Assembly: GCA_964304625.1 (NCBI GenBank)
Contig: OZ199840.1
Location: forward strand, 8,519,487 to 8,583,486
Reading direction: 5' to 3'
Length of the DNA stretch: 64,000 bases
Source: Kudoa neothunni
Lineage: Eukaryota; Animalia; Cnidaria
Shown one piece after another: positions 13,101 to 26,983 of this stretch. The position numbers and the translations under genes were made by a program. The notes beneath the pieces are model-generated. The model saw only the letters and a program-made list of their open reading frames with translations. It made no database searches and was not told the origin of the DNA. Numbering within the stretch: position 1 is the stretch's first letter; each line of letters starts with the position of its first letter.

Positions 13101-14329
13101 GATAGAAAAAATTACTATATGATCTACTAACGAAAAGAAACATCTATAAAATCCAAAATCCCAAGGTTCCTACATTCTCTGTTCTTTTACCACATATTAC
13201 ACCAAACGCATAAGCAAAATTGGCAATTTATACAATTTTCCCGCGGAAAATAGATCCGAAAATCATTACGACTTGATTTAAACGTAGGAGAAATTGTCGC
13301 AAAATTCATTCTATTAATGGTTACAAGCTTTGTTTTTATTTAACTCTCAACAGATGAAAAACAACCACTCTCCAACGGGTTTTGGGGTAAAAAAGACCTC
13401 GGAATTTTTTTCTTTTAATGTGTTCAGAATAATATTATCAAGTTATGAGAATAATATGGGGAAATTCTGGCTGAGGAATATTGAGAAAACAATCAATTAC
13501 TGCATAATTAATCCTCGGTGATCTGCTTCGATAAGATTAAGGATTATTTCGTAATAACTCGTGATTAGAACGTTAAGTATGTTTAATCTCATTTGAAATA
13601 ACGAAAAACAATAATCTTAATAAAAAATAAATTCTATTAAAGACACTCTACGCGGTAAAAATGCAGAATAGTGATCGTAATCAAAAACAGCCACAGCGAA
13701 CCAAATCGACCATGATGAATACTTATTTTTGTTTATTTTTTAGTTTTGAACCGACGTGAATTTACATTTAATATTATCCTTCAGATATATACGGTAGATG
13801 TTGTAATCTATTATGTACCTCCTAGTCCCTCGTAATCATTTTCACAGGATATAACACTCAATTCATTAAAACATCCGTTACGTATTCTAAAATTTGGGTA
13901 TGAAAATTAATTTCAATGCGTCGTCCCAATCTCTCCTCAGCGGTTACCTATCATTAAATGCAGGAATTTATAAGCATGAGAATTTCACATTTAGTACAAA
14001 CAATAGATATTCAGTTGTAACAATTGTTCAAGGTTAAAATAAAAAAAAATCATTTGACGGAATTCTGGCATCGCTACTATAATTTTTTTTAATAAATATA
14101 ACACAATTCAAATTTATAATTATAGGATTAATAATAGAGCTAACTATAACCTCTCATTGTTGAATGCTGCCGTTGTTCTGCTGTTACTTTTAAAAGATCA
14201 AAAGCTTATTTAATAGAGGATATTTATCGTTAGCGGGGCTAGTAAAATGGATAATTTTGTTTGTTTTGGGTAACAAACGCTGGCGTCACAAAACATGTTG
14301 ACACGATGGCTCACGACATATGACACCGC

Positions 14330-14679
14330 GTAAATAATCGGATTATTGTGGATTATCTCGAATAATAATTAGTCAATTTCTCAGTATTCCTATGGTAGAA
14401 TTTTTCTAAATCTTCCATATCGTTTAAAAATAATTTTCCGCGTTCATTATATCAAACACATCATGAGATCTTTTTTATCCTAAAGTCCTTTGGAGGACAA
14501 AATTTTTGTTGGTAAGGTATAATCAATATTCCACATAAAATTTTTTCATGAATCTATTTATTAAAATAATGTAGGAGAATCGACGAAATGCTAAGTATCT
14601 CAGATAATGATTAAATATTCTCTGATCAAATTAAAATCCTTTTGGGATCTGAAAGACCACAAACCCATTAGAGGGTTAA
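14330..14679 (-). mobile_element. piggyBac-type terminal fragment in reverse orientation
   Basis: The reverse strand reads TTAA-CCCTCTAATGGGTTTGTGGTCTTTCAGATCCC, like the left ends at 19421 and 52405. Its interior resembles 13370-13500 in inverted orientation. Confidence 0.45.
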
Positions 14680-15294
14680 TATTCCACTTGTTTTCTAAAA
14701 TAAAAACTAAAATATTTAATAAATGATACCCATGGGAAATCGACTCGAACATTAAGCTCTAATCAAACAAATAAATTGGCGAATTTTAACGAATGTAATT
14801 ATCGTAAGATTATGAGGATTACGGATCGGAATGTTTGTTGTTTAAAGCTGAATCTACCTGGTGGATTTGGTTTATTTTTATTTTCTAAAATAAAAATATT
14901 TTTTATGGTTCGAATGGAGATATAAAAAATGGAGGTAAATTTTTACCCTAAAATTTAAGAGTGCAGTCGATTCTTAATTTATAGTACATTAGAGGGTGCC
15001 AACCAATTTTATTATCATTACTATGAAAAATAAATAATACTCGCCTAATATATTAAATTTTTTATGAATTCTGAAACTCAGAGGATAAAAGATAGTTTAA
15101 TTTTAAAATTAATAATAAATATTTTTATAAAACTGTTGTAAAATCTAAAAAAGTAATCCATTATAAAAATTGTCAACGTTTTACTTTTAATCAGAATATT
15201 AAATTTACCAATGTGTTAGAAAAATAGAATAAAAATATAACGACTCTAATTATAAATAATAACTTTTCTTTAGATTCAAAGTTTGATAGAGCGA

Positions 15295-17127
15295 TTAATA
15301 TTTTCGGTTTTCAAGATTAAGTTTGTTTTTTGGTTCTGAGTAGAAATCTTTCGGTTCATTTAGATTTTTAAAAGAATATTGTGATAATTGTTTTCTCATC
15401 TGCACTAAAACGATCGCAACCAAACATAATACAAGCAAAACCCCTCCACAAATTATTGCAGCTATAGCCGATTTTGAAAGTGAACTTGTTGATTTGACAT
15501 CAACTATTAATGCTCTCTTTTGAAAACGTGGATCGAAGTGGGCGTATCCATAAAGCCATGAATCATCTGACAACTAGTTAGCAATGTAGATAACGCTATA
15601 AAAACAAATGTAAAATAGGATACTTTAAGTGTTTGCTTGTAGTTCGATTGTTTTATGTTAAATTCCAAATATAACAAGTAATAATGTAATGTGTAACATT
15701 CATTCAACCAATGTTCATATAGTTCCTTTGAATAAATATGCCAATAAAATTAGCAAGATAAATTACCTCCCAAGGAGACCTATATTTAAAATATTCGTCA
15801 CATTTTGTAATTAGAATAGGTCGTATTTCATTCAATGTCTCTGGTATTTTCTGAGATGATCCATTAGGAAATGGAAAATATGTCTAAATTCAATTAACAT
15901 AGATAATATCCATTGTGATAATTACAATTATATTGGTTTTATAAGTAACATTGAAAGGAATTGGTACGGCTGCATCACATAATTTTTGAAATGTCATATA
16001 ATTTTGATTTAAACGTTCTAATATGATTCGTTCACACGCACTCTTGTTAAAAGTAGCTTTAGTCATAAATGGATAAAGTTCCATAACATTCGATGTGAAT
16101 TTTGAACAATTTTTTTCATTGGCTATCTTCCAAATATCTACTACAACACCAACATCTACGCTTTCACATGGATTCGTACCGATTATAGGAGTATTTTTCA
16201 TTGTGTTCTACAGAAAGTTTACAATTTAGTTACTTTCTATTTCCAAGTAAGGTACATTCGAATCAGACTCTTCAATTGTTAAGGCCCATATCTCTTCAGC
16301 AAAAGTACTATCACCAATTATTATTGTTATGTTCGTTCCATTCCAATATATGATTTTTTTAAGGGTATCAGGAGGTATTTTACTTGAGTTTGTAGCAATT
16401 TGAGCAAAGGACAAAGTACTCTCATCCAATGAAATAAATCCATTAAAATTTTTAGTTGCCTCCTATTGATGAAATTCTATAAAAATTAAAATATCCTAAG
16501 AGGGAAAATACGGAAATTAATTTAATATAAAACATCCTGTACGCGGCGTCATCACCTATTTCTATGACGTTAAAGAAGTTTCGGCCAGGGGCGGTAGAAT
16601 ATTTTTTGAATACAGAATTCAAATGTTTGTCAAAAAAATTGTAAACTTTTGGATAATAATGTCTTCAGAGAATTTCATATTTTATAAACAGATATATTTA
16701 TACCTTTTCAACCTCCATACAGCTCTTCCGGCAAATTCTACGTGAATACTTTTTAAAGGAATATCTTGAAGCTGTGGATATTTCAAAACTTTATTAATAC
16801 AAGAATTAAGTTCTAAAACTAACATCCCGTATGGTGGAACATTGTGAATATTATATTCTAAAATATTGATATTTTTAATAAATCGAAAAATTAATCTACC
16901 CTTTTTATAACATATGGAATGGTTCAGCTTTTCTATCAAGGGGGATTTTTGATTAGATTCAAATCTATATAAATAGGCCTTCAAACCTTGTGGGGATTCG
17001 TGTATTATTACTCCATACTATCATTTATATCTTAGTAGAAAAACTTAATAATTCTTACTTGAAAATATTCGTCACAAACAGAATATTCAAAAATATAAAC
17101 CAACCACACAATTATCAGAATTAACAT
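15295..17127 (-). CDS. CD39/GDA1-like type I membrane protein, copy 3; 9 exons
   Basis: Exon 1 MLILIIVWLVYIFEYSVCDEYFQ; then YGVIIHESPQGLKAYLYRF, VEFAGRAVWR, EIGDDAAY, NGFISLDESTLSF, NPC, SWLYGYA and TM AIAAIICGGVLLVLCLVAIVLV. Confidence 0.85.
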
Positions 17128-17144
17128 TATATTTTCGAAACGGA

Positions 17145-17158
17145 TTTATTTTTCGGTA
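17145..17158 (-). promoter_or_regulatory. Family-specific upstream motif TACCGAAAAATAAA, copy 3
   Basis: Starts 31 nt 5' of the ATG at 17127. Confidence 0.55.
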
Positions 17159-19420
17159 AAGCGAAACCCCTGCGAATAATATTATTTTCCTAATTTCTAC
17201 ATTTTTATGAATATTATATGTTTATAAAACAATAAGTTTTATTCATATATTAAAATATAAAACATTACCGTTCTTTTAATGATTTATAATATTCCTAGTA
17301 TATCAACTTATCATCTTATCATCCAGTGAAGTAATATATTTACTGAAAAATGTTAATAAACATAAATTTAAAAATTACATATGTAAATAAAAATCTTATT
17401 TCAACGGATATTTTTTGGAAATAATTTACCTATTAATTAATTATTTATTTATTTATTTTAATAATTTTATAATCTGCGATTTAACAAATTCCTTATACAA
17501 CGAATATCATCGTCTCTACCTAACTGTGTAATTCTCTTTAATTAATTAACAATAAAATTTTCAGAAAACACGTCAAATAGCGATTAATTCGCGATACTCA
17601 CTTAAAACTTTTAAAATTTACATGCTCTCATCGTTTTCTCCATGGCATATTTGAGAAATACGCTCAACAATTTTTCACGTAGTTTAAGGTCGAACATATA
17701 CGGCTTAATTGATAATTTGTTGATTGGATATTTTGTTATCTATTCTTTAAAGGATTTGGGTTTTTTCTAATCCCAAATCATTTTAATCCCATAATAAAAT
17801 AGAAACAGTCTTAACAATTACATTAACTTTGGACGCTTCAGTATATATTTTAAAAATTCTGAATTTTATCGTTTCGAACGTATTTTAATAAGAAGCGAGC
17901 AGAATATGCTTTTCTTAGAATCACTCATTACTCAATAGGTAATAATTACGTAAAACTAGGTTTGATAGCGATGTGCACTTCAATGTTACCACGCCCAATA
18001 GTTAGAGGATTGTTAATTTTAGTAATAGTTATTTTATCATCCTGAATGATTTGTACAAGAAAAAATGATTAATCATTCATATTAGAAAATCAACACATTT
18101 TCCATAAATTGTTTAGACCCTAATAAATATTTATAATAACAACAAATTTTTTAAACATAATACTTCGAATGAAGAAGAAATCATGATTAAAATAATACAG
18201 TTTTGCGTAATGAGAGATTAACTGGTACAAATCAGTTATTTAGAGGAAACGATAATTTTTACGCTTTTATGAATTATTTAGTGGTTTGTTAATATTTATT
18301 ACAATATAAGCAATAATAAAAATAATTATTTTTGAATAAATGCGTAATTGGATATTATAACGAAAATCAAACAACTGCAGTAATATGTAATGTTTTAGTA
18401 TATATTTTATATTCGAAATAGCAATTTCTGGAATTAAAATAATATATTTAATTATATTTTTAGCTTTTCGGCGATAAAATTGATTGTATGATTACAGATT
18501 CGAAATTTTTTGATACACAAAACTTTCAACGGATATTATGAAAAGTATCGTCTCAAAAATTCAAAAATAACAAATACAACAATTACCCTAATGTTAATAA
18601 CTTTTTTTGTTTATAAGTTAGGAAAACTGTCGAAAAATCATAAGGTCGTTAGGTTATAGCTCCCAAGACCATCCTCATTAATACTGTAGGCATTTCAAGG
18701 CGAGAAACATCTACTTTCTCCTCCCATCCTTCTACGAGAGTGTGGGAGTTTAAACCAATAAACATAATTGCTTCTGGGCACTGAAACCTACGTTTAAGGA
18801 CTTAGATTTACAGATATTTTATGCCTATTAATTCATCTCAGATAATTCAAGCATCTAATTAAACTTCCCCTATTTAATTAGCCTAACTATAACAATTCGT
18901 ATTACGTAATAGATTCACATTCGTATGGATCCGTAGACAGATTGGCAATGGGAGTCGAATATAACCACTAACTATTTATTCTCTTTAATATTTGTTGAAT
19001 TTACAGAAAATAACTTATTTTATAAAATTTTATTATACAATTTGTTGCTATTATGTTGAGTTTTAAAGAAAATTTAAATTAACCTCAACCGAATCTCTTT
19101 AGCGCCGAGATTTAACAGGGGTTTTTGATCCCCTATTAATGTAAAATAAATGAATATTTTAATATCAGACTTTAAATAAAAATTCCACAATTAATTTATA
19201 AAGTAAACAACCAACTTAACGTCAAAATTTATTGATAATATTCTTATTTATTTCTAATTAGTATAACATTAAAATTGACTCATTGAATGAACTTTAAAAT
19301 ATCTAAAATGATTATCTAGACGATATGTTTATTCAATAAAAACTTCTCAGACCTTAAATCATTTGATCAAAAAAAGTATAAACAGTTAAGCTTAAATTAT
19401 GTAATACATAGAAATCTTAA

Positions 19421-20954
19421 CCCTCGGAGCGTCTTGGGGTCGTTTTCCACCCCATTCGTGGTTTAATAAGTTATTTCCCCCTTCATAACTTATTTTGATT
19501 TTCTAGATATCCTATCTATTCTTTTATAATAATCGATAGTTATGGAAGGTAATATTAATTTTTCTTTAAACATAAAGGAATAGGTTATTTCTGAAATACT
19601 TACACCTGGCGCCTTTAGGGTCGAAAAAGACTCCAGAGTTTATTTTATTCAAGTTGTGTAAATTTATTTTGTAGAAGTTTATTTGGCGTTTAGTTATTTT
19701 TAAGGAAAAATAAACGCAGAATTCCACCAATTTTCGCGTGAGAACATTGAAAAACTTGTGACAACCATGAATTGTGTATTTTTATGTCTAGCTAAGATGG
19801 TTACTTGGAAAGCTCTTCCATTATGAGTGAAATTGAAGAATTAATCTAAAAGCAATCAGTGACATCTGATTTTAACGATTTTGACATGATATTAACAAAC
19901 CTTCCTATTCACAAAAATAATGTATGGAACATGACCCCCCCTAGAAAAACAAAGGTATGAAATTAAAACATTTTAAATCCAAATACTTGTGTAACTGCTA
20001 CATTCGTCAACAATAAAAACCATTAAAGACTTTTTGAACTTATTCCTCATTGATCAACTGTTATCTACAATTACCCGCATGGCTAATAAATGTGGTGATT
20101 ATCGCTATGATTCTTCTTATGATGATGCCGATCTGAATAATTTTCGTGCATAACTTAGCATGCTGATATAAGTGTCAAATCTTGTAGCAAAGACTGAAGC
20201 TCCAGAAAGGTATTGGGTGCTGGATAAGTGCTGTTGAGATTTTTCGAAAAGTTAAGCCACTGAAGGAATATACCAAAATCTAACGCTCACTCTACTTAGA
20301 CGATTTCGATGCAAGAGATAAAAAAAATTATGTGCATTGTGGCACATATATCAAAGTTTTACTACGATGCTCTGACTACACTGACTAGCAGAATCCATTA
20401 ATTAATTATATTCAGTTTTTTATTTTGGTTTTCTTATACAATATTTTGTCCAAGCATTGAAATTTTAAAAACTACCCAAAAAAGATAGATGATGGGTTTA
20501 AATATTACGAATAAATTCCGAGCATTTTAATCTAAGAGAAAATATTTTACTTTTTATAAAAACGCAAATAGAATGATAACTTTAATATTTATGGGGGTAG
20601 AAAGTTCCTATATCATTTATAGATGATAAAAAATTAATTCTTATTAAAATGTCGATCAAAACAAATTTATTACGTTTCATATAGCAACTTTTAGTCGGTT
20701 TATTGCATTCATGAAACTTAATAACGAATTACACGACCAAAGATTGAGCCAAAATATGCAGTCGAAAAATAACCGAACAATTAGTCGTACGACAAATTAT
20801 TTTTTATAATTTAACGTAAAAACATAAATTAATATCTAAAATTCCCATAATTAATTAAAATACTATTAGAATTGGAATTTGTTGATTTAACGGAATTTTG
20901 TGTTAGGGTCTTTTTCGACCCTAAATTCGTCAGGTGTATAGTCAATTCGGAGGG
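19421..20954 (+). mobile_element. Internally deleted piggyBac element
   Basis: TTAA at 19417-20 and 20955-58; ends CCCTCGG and CGGAGGG. Asymmetric internal inverted repeat TACACCTG..TTTAGGGTCGAAAAAGAC (about 19602-19632 versus 20903-20939). Decayed transposase N-terminal fragment KDFLNLFLIDQLLSTI. Confidence 0.85.
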
Positions 20955-21388
20955 TTAAATAAGCTTGCATATGAGGTATAGATACAAACGAAATATTTCA
21001 AAAATAAAAAAAATGTAACGATTAAATTAATAAAAAACTATATTTTAATTAAGACAGGATACATTTTAAACTTTAATGCACGAAAAAAGAAATATTAATT
21101 AATTGAATGTTCCTATTTATTTTGAACTGAATAATAAAAAAAGTCGAGACTTAAATAATTGTTTTTAAATTTGATTGAATCAATTTGTGGCAAATAATTT
21201 TTTTATAATCTAATTTTAATCTATGTGATACTTTATCTATTTCTTATTGATTTACCATAAAAAAACCGAGAGTTTGGAAGGAATCAATATAGTGTATAGT
21301 GATGACTAAAGTATTAGCCAAAAAAATTTTGTTAGACGGAAAGGTTCTACAACCATAATGAAAGGAGTAAACTAAATTTATCTTTTTT

Positions 21389-23222
21389 TCAAGAATCCAC
21401 CGTATCAATGAACACAGATCCGCCGTTGCTTGGTATAAATGGAAGTTTTCTCACGTTTCGAAAGATACGTTGTCTCATCAGTGTCATAATAACGGCTGCT
21501 ACAATCATTATAACCAAGACAACACCACAAGATATTCCAGTTATAACTCCTGTCGATAATTTATTTTTCATCGTAACATCAAGAACGACCGCTTTTTGTG
21601 AAAAGCGAGGATCAGTTTGGGAATATCCAGATAGCCAAGAATTTTGTGACTCCTTCAATATGGAACATATATAGATACAATGATAAAACTTGATGGAAAG
21701 TTATACCTACCTTAAATGTATGTTTAAATTTGGCTTTATTTATATTATATTCCAAATATAACACATAAAATTGCAATAAGAAACATTTATTAAGCCAATT
21801 ATTCAACTCAACCTTTAATGCAATTATATGTATATTAAATAATATAATTTAAATACTTGTACATCATTTCTTGATTTTAGATATTTGTCGCATTCTAAAT
21901 CGACCGCAGTTCGAATATTATTTATTTTCGGCTGTGTTACGTTAGAAGAAGCTTCACTTAGAGGAATGGAAATCTAAAATTAATTATCTCATGTAATATT
22001 CATCATAACGACACTATTATATTAGTTTTGGGATTAACGTTCATTGGAATAATCATGTTTGCGCCACATAAATTTTTGAATAATTTTTTATTGTGGTCGT
22101 TGACAATTCCTAGCAGTAAATTTTTACACGAATCTTTAACAAACGAGGGTAGGGGCAATAATGGGTAGAGTTCCATATCAGTCGATCTGACATTGGGGCA
22201 GTAATTTTGTTCCGATAATCCCCAAAAATTTATGACTGGTCCTATGTTTACACTATCGCAAGATGCTAAATCATCCAAGCTCAATTTATTCATTAAATTC
22301 TAAATAGTGTTGATCTTATTGTTTTCTCCAAGCAGAAGGATTAACCTTTTTATTGATTTCATCTAAAGATGGGCCCCATGATCTTCTAGAAAAGTGACTA
22401 TCACCAACTAGATATGTTATTTTTGTTCCATTCCAAGTTATTGATTTTTTTCTGGTACCACTAGGTGTCCTAGCGTTTTCGGTAATATTATGTGCGAACA
22501 TGAGTGTAAGTTCATCGAATGCAATTAACCCATCATAAGTTCCGGTAGGTTCCTGAGTGAAAAATCTGTAAATGCAAACAATTGCTGACATCGTTAAATA
22601 CCGCTAATATGTTATCAAATAAAGCACTGTATATGGCTTCTTCATCTACTTCTAAAAGTTTAAAGAATTTGCGACCAGCAACAATGGAATATTCTTTGAA
22701 TTTATCATTTATTCTCTTCTCATAATCACTGAAAACTGACCCATAATGTTCCCTTAGCATAATTAATTATTATTAAATAATAATCAAATTTACCTTAACC
22801 CTCTCCACACAATTCTTCCAATAAACTCCATATGAACATCATCTAACGAAACATCATGAAGGAGTGGATTATTCATGACATTCTCGATGCATTTCTCGAT
22901 ATCTAACAGTAATTCTTCAATTGGTGAAATATTGATGAGACTGTATTCTAAGCAGTCAATTTATTGATACATATGTCTAATAAACACTTTACCTTTCTCA
23001 TGACATATATTGCGTCCTGCCTCATTTATTATAGGAGATTGTTGGTGGAGTTCAAATTTATATATATAGGCCTCCAAACCTGTCAGTGTTTGATGTAGTA
23101 ATACCCCAAACTATCATTTAACCATTCAATGTTTTCACAAATAAAAAAAATACTTTGATGTTACTCTCACAGATTAAATGCTCAACAAGATAAAACAAAC
23201 ACAAAACTCCAATTATTTTCAT
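21389..23222 (-). CDS. CD39/GDA1-like type I membrane protein, copy 4; 9 exons
   Basis: Exon 1 MKIIGVLCLFYLVEHLICESNIK; then FGVLLHQTLTGLEAYIYKF, MEFIGRIVWR, EVDEEAIY, DGLIAFDELTLMF, SWLSGYS and TM VITGISCGVVLVIMIVAAVIMTLM. Confidence 0.85.
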
Positions 23223-23245
23223 CACGGTGTCACTCAAAATATGGA

Positions 23246-23259
23246 TTTATCTTTCGGTA
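23246..23259 (-). promoter_or_regulatory. Family-specific upstream motif TACCGAAAGATAAA, copy 4
   Basis: Starts 37 nt 5' of the ATG at 23222. Confidence 0.55.
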
Positions 23260-24926
23260 ATGAAAAACCTTTTTAATATATTAATTGTAGTTGGTCGCAA
23301 AAATCTCGGATTTAATATTTTATTTTGTTTATTAAATAAGGATAATTTTTACGAAAGGATATAAAATCAGTCAGGTTGATTATTATTGGATTGTTTGGGT
23401 TAGTATATTTAACAATACAATGGTTTCAAGTGATATATTACGATTTTTGATAAAGTAAAAAATATTAAGTAGTATATTATAAATTAAGATAATCATACTT
23501 TATGGTTCCGATTTCATTAATATCGTTTCAATTACCTTTAGATTAAATTAATTTAGTTTTATGTATTGCATCAGTATTTGTATACAACCGTTGTTTGTAA
23601 CCTTAATGTATCTTAAAAAAATTAAAAATATAATTAAATGAATAATACCTATTCTACCTAATATAAAATACATGTCTACCTCATCAAAAGTTGATATTAT
23701 TTTTCTTTATAATCTACTACTATCATTTTAATTCTAGTGTGATTACGTTATTACATATTTTGTTGTTTGTATTTTCTATTTTTTAGGTTATCCAAGGCCA
23801 GTGTGGGTCATCTTAATACAAAAGGAACGAAAAAAAATGATACTCACATTAGATCTTGTTTAATTTGCTAATCGTAATTACGCTAGTTAAATTGATCTAT
23901 TGAGAGATGAAAAAAATTTATGAAAATTTCAGAAATTTCCAAATCAACACTAAATTAACTGTTAACCAAATGACTAATGAATCATCTCGTTTGTATTACT
24001 GATGGGATCCCGAGAACAAAGATATTTATTGCAATAAGGGGGATTTCTGATCCCGATAGAACGGTACACAGGCTCTCAGTTCCATTGTTGTAATTAGGAT
24101 TGGAAAAAGTTATCAACAAAAAAGTCATAAATTATTCGACTGATTTGATTTTTAGAAAGTAATCAAATGTTATCACATTTCCTCTTTCTCTTCTCTTTAA
24201 TATTTTCCCTCGTTTACATTTTTGAGTCAATTATGAACATCATTTTGTTGAAAAGCTTCAAAATTATATTATGTTAAAAGATTGCTATTTATTAAATATA
24301 CTTTTTATAATACTATCAGCTGATGAACAAGATAATCTGGTGACATTTCGAGAAATATTTTAATCAATAGGATTAAAAATATGAATTTTACTTCATTGGT
24401 CAGATAAATTGTTTTTCCATAACTTATAATAGTATTACCAATAAATATTAATTTAATAAGACAAATTTATTTATAATATTTTGCTCAAAAATATTGGGCA
24501 TGTTATTTAAAATAATAAATTTTGGAATAATCTAATTGTTCACTTTCATTAAGGATATCAATGAAAAAGTCATCAAAGTATACACTCGAAATATGTATAT
24601 TTAATTTAAAAAATTGATGAGACTTCGATTTTAACATTACATTATATAGGTAGAAATTTATTTATTAAATTTAGAAGTACTTTGTATTTATTATTGCGCA
24701 CGCGCCAAACTTAAGTTAGGAACGCGTTCATGAAACCACCTTACAACTTTCTCATATGTAAAACGATGTGATCATTTCCTTACATCATAATGTAATGCTA
24801 TTAGTGGAAATCTAATTAAATGGAAAACAATATGTAGCGATTGTTACTAAAAATTATTTGTTGAAAACCCGAGTTTTATTTCCTAAACGGGATCTCGTTA
24901 CATTCAGGCTATGTTAGCGCAATATA

Positions 24927-25015
24927 CAGTCGTTCCTGGATACTGCGTATTTTTTGTTATTTCGCAATAAATCGAATCCCCTTTCCCTATGGTGTGCAAA
25001 ATCCAGAAACGGCTG
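24927..25015. mobile_element. 89-bp Tc1/mariner/pogo-type MITE
   Basis: TA | CAGTCGTTCCTGGAT ... ATCCAGAAACGGCTG | TA: imperfect TIRs with TA on both sides. Confidence 0.7.
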
Positions 25016-26983
25016 TATTTATATAGTATATTTTTTTATTTAAATAAAATTAACTAAGAATTATGAAATATAGAATATATCGCCAAATCCTTTTTTCTTC
25101 GCGCATGCGCAAATACTAAATTGAGTTTAATCGTAATTTCAGTACCAACAAAGAAAATACTAGATCTTTAATAATTCGGATAATGATTATTAGATTGTAC
25201 TCGATACGTTAAACTTAATTATATGCGTAACTAAAGTCTCAATGAGAATAATTTCTGACTTTTTTTTCAAAAACTATTAATAAACCTTACGATTAATTTT
25301 AATAAATTTAAAAAATTGAATATTTTTTTATACTTCTCCGATTTTTCAACATATGTATTGTGTAGCATAAAATTACGAAATCCTCAAAAGATACAAGAGG
25401 ATTCGGATATCCTTTACATAACAAGAGAGTGGTCAGAAAATGTCGGCCAAAATCTCACAAAAACAACATAATAAATAATCCTTCATTATTTCTTTAAATA
25501 AAGTATTCAATATGATGTTTTTACGACACATATAACCCGATATGAAGTCATATAATGATTCTTTGTTTTAATTAGCAATGTTCCGGTACCCTCTTTTAAA
25601 ACCTCGCTACCAAGTTTCGATTTTATTTTTATATACACCAATACCAAAAAAAACGAATATTTGTGGACAACTATATCGTGAAAAAATAATTCATTATTCA
25701 GACGATTGTAGCCCTTTTATTTTACTGCCCAGACTATAGAATTCTCTTCCACATTATTAAGAAAAAGTTTTTTATGGGAGGAACTGCCACTTCTCTTGGG
25801 GTTTTTGAAAGAACATTCATCTTACTCATCTGCTCCACCAATAACTCAATATATTTCCATTTGTCGTCCAATTTCATTGATCTGGACAACGATATTTCTG
25901 CTGCCAATTTTTTTACGTTCATCCGTAATCTTTGAATTGACAATTCAATTTAGTCATCTATATAATTTAAAAAGAGAATTCCGACACGCTCTTTTGTTTC
26001 ATCATAGGTAACCTTATTAAGGTGAATTTTTACGAGGAAAAATACAAATATTTTCCACAGTGGCAGTTTAGAATGCTGAGAAATTCAGCCAACTCGCAAA
26101 TTTTACTTATTAAACAATAAGAATATCGGAAAAAACATATATTGATAATTTTTATTTCATATGAGATGCATCATTGTCCCACATATGCATTTTTTCTCTG
26201 AGGAAATCAGATAAAGATTTTGCAAACTTTTAATATTATAAATTGTATCTATCCCAAAAAATACATAATATATCATATTGATATAATTATTATTTTCTAA
26301 ATCAAAGTTTTTCCATTTATCGAATTTATGGCGGAAGTTTTCGACCAGAGTTCCCTTTTGTAAAGAATAGCCAAAAAATTATCGGTCCAGCTCGTTTGGG
26401 ACTAATTTTCAATCATTATCTATTAATATCAGCGAAATATAAATATTAAATATTTCAGACTCACAAATAAAACTAAACAAATTAATTATAATTATTATTA
26501 TTAAACAAAATAAATATATATATATTTATAATGGGAATAACTTTTCTTTATTTTTTATCAAAAAGCTATACTCCAAAAAACAAATATTTTGTATATATAC
26601 GATTATATTTTTAACTTTAGAATTATAATTTTGTTGTTAAATTTATGACCTTGTAGAAACATTACAAACGTTTTTTAGACAAAAGCTTGTTTACTCTCAA
26701 TGAAAAATAAAGAAATTGACGTATTTGTAGCATCCTGATTTGACCAGTTTAGATAAAAATGACTAATTTTCGCGTTTCAACAACAAAAAAATTTCATCGA
26801 TCCAAAACAACTGAAATATCATCTATAATATTAGTTATTATAGATTTAATTCGAACTAAATTATATCTTAAACTAAAATATCAATAAATCAAATAGTCAG
26901 CTGTTTTAAGCTTCTTCTCTAGTGAAATCAGGTCAAAATTTAATCCAATATGTATTGTATTATTGGCCGGTTTACTACTACCA

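Noticed and set aside
18640-18800. Small GC-richer island with a 38-aa minus-strand frame
   Set aside because: No recognisable protein, tRNA or snRNA features, so no call can be supported.
25600-26200. Possible hAT C-terminal relic on the minus strand (NILSYWW / LSKTPREVAVP in shifted frames)
   Set aside because: Too degenerate, and no termini or TSD were found.
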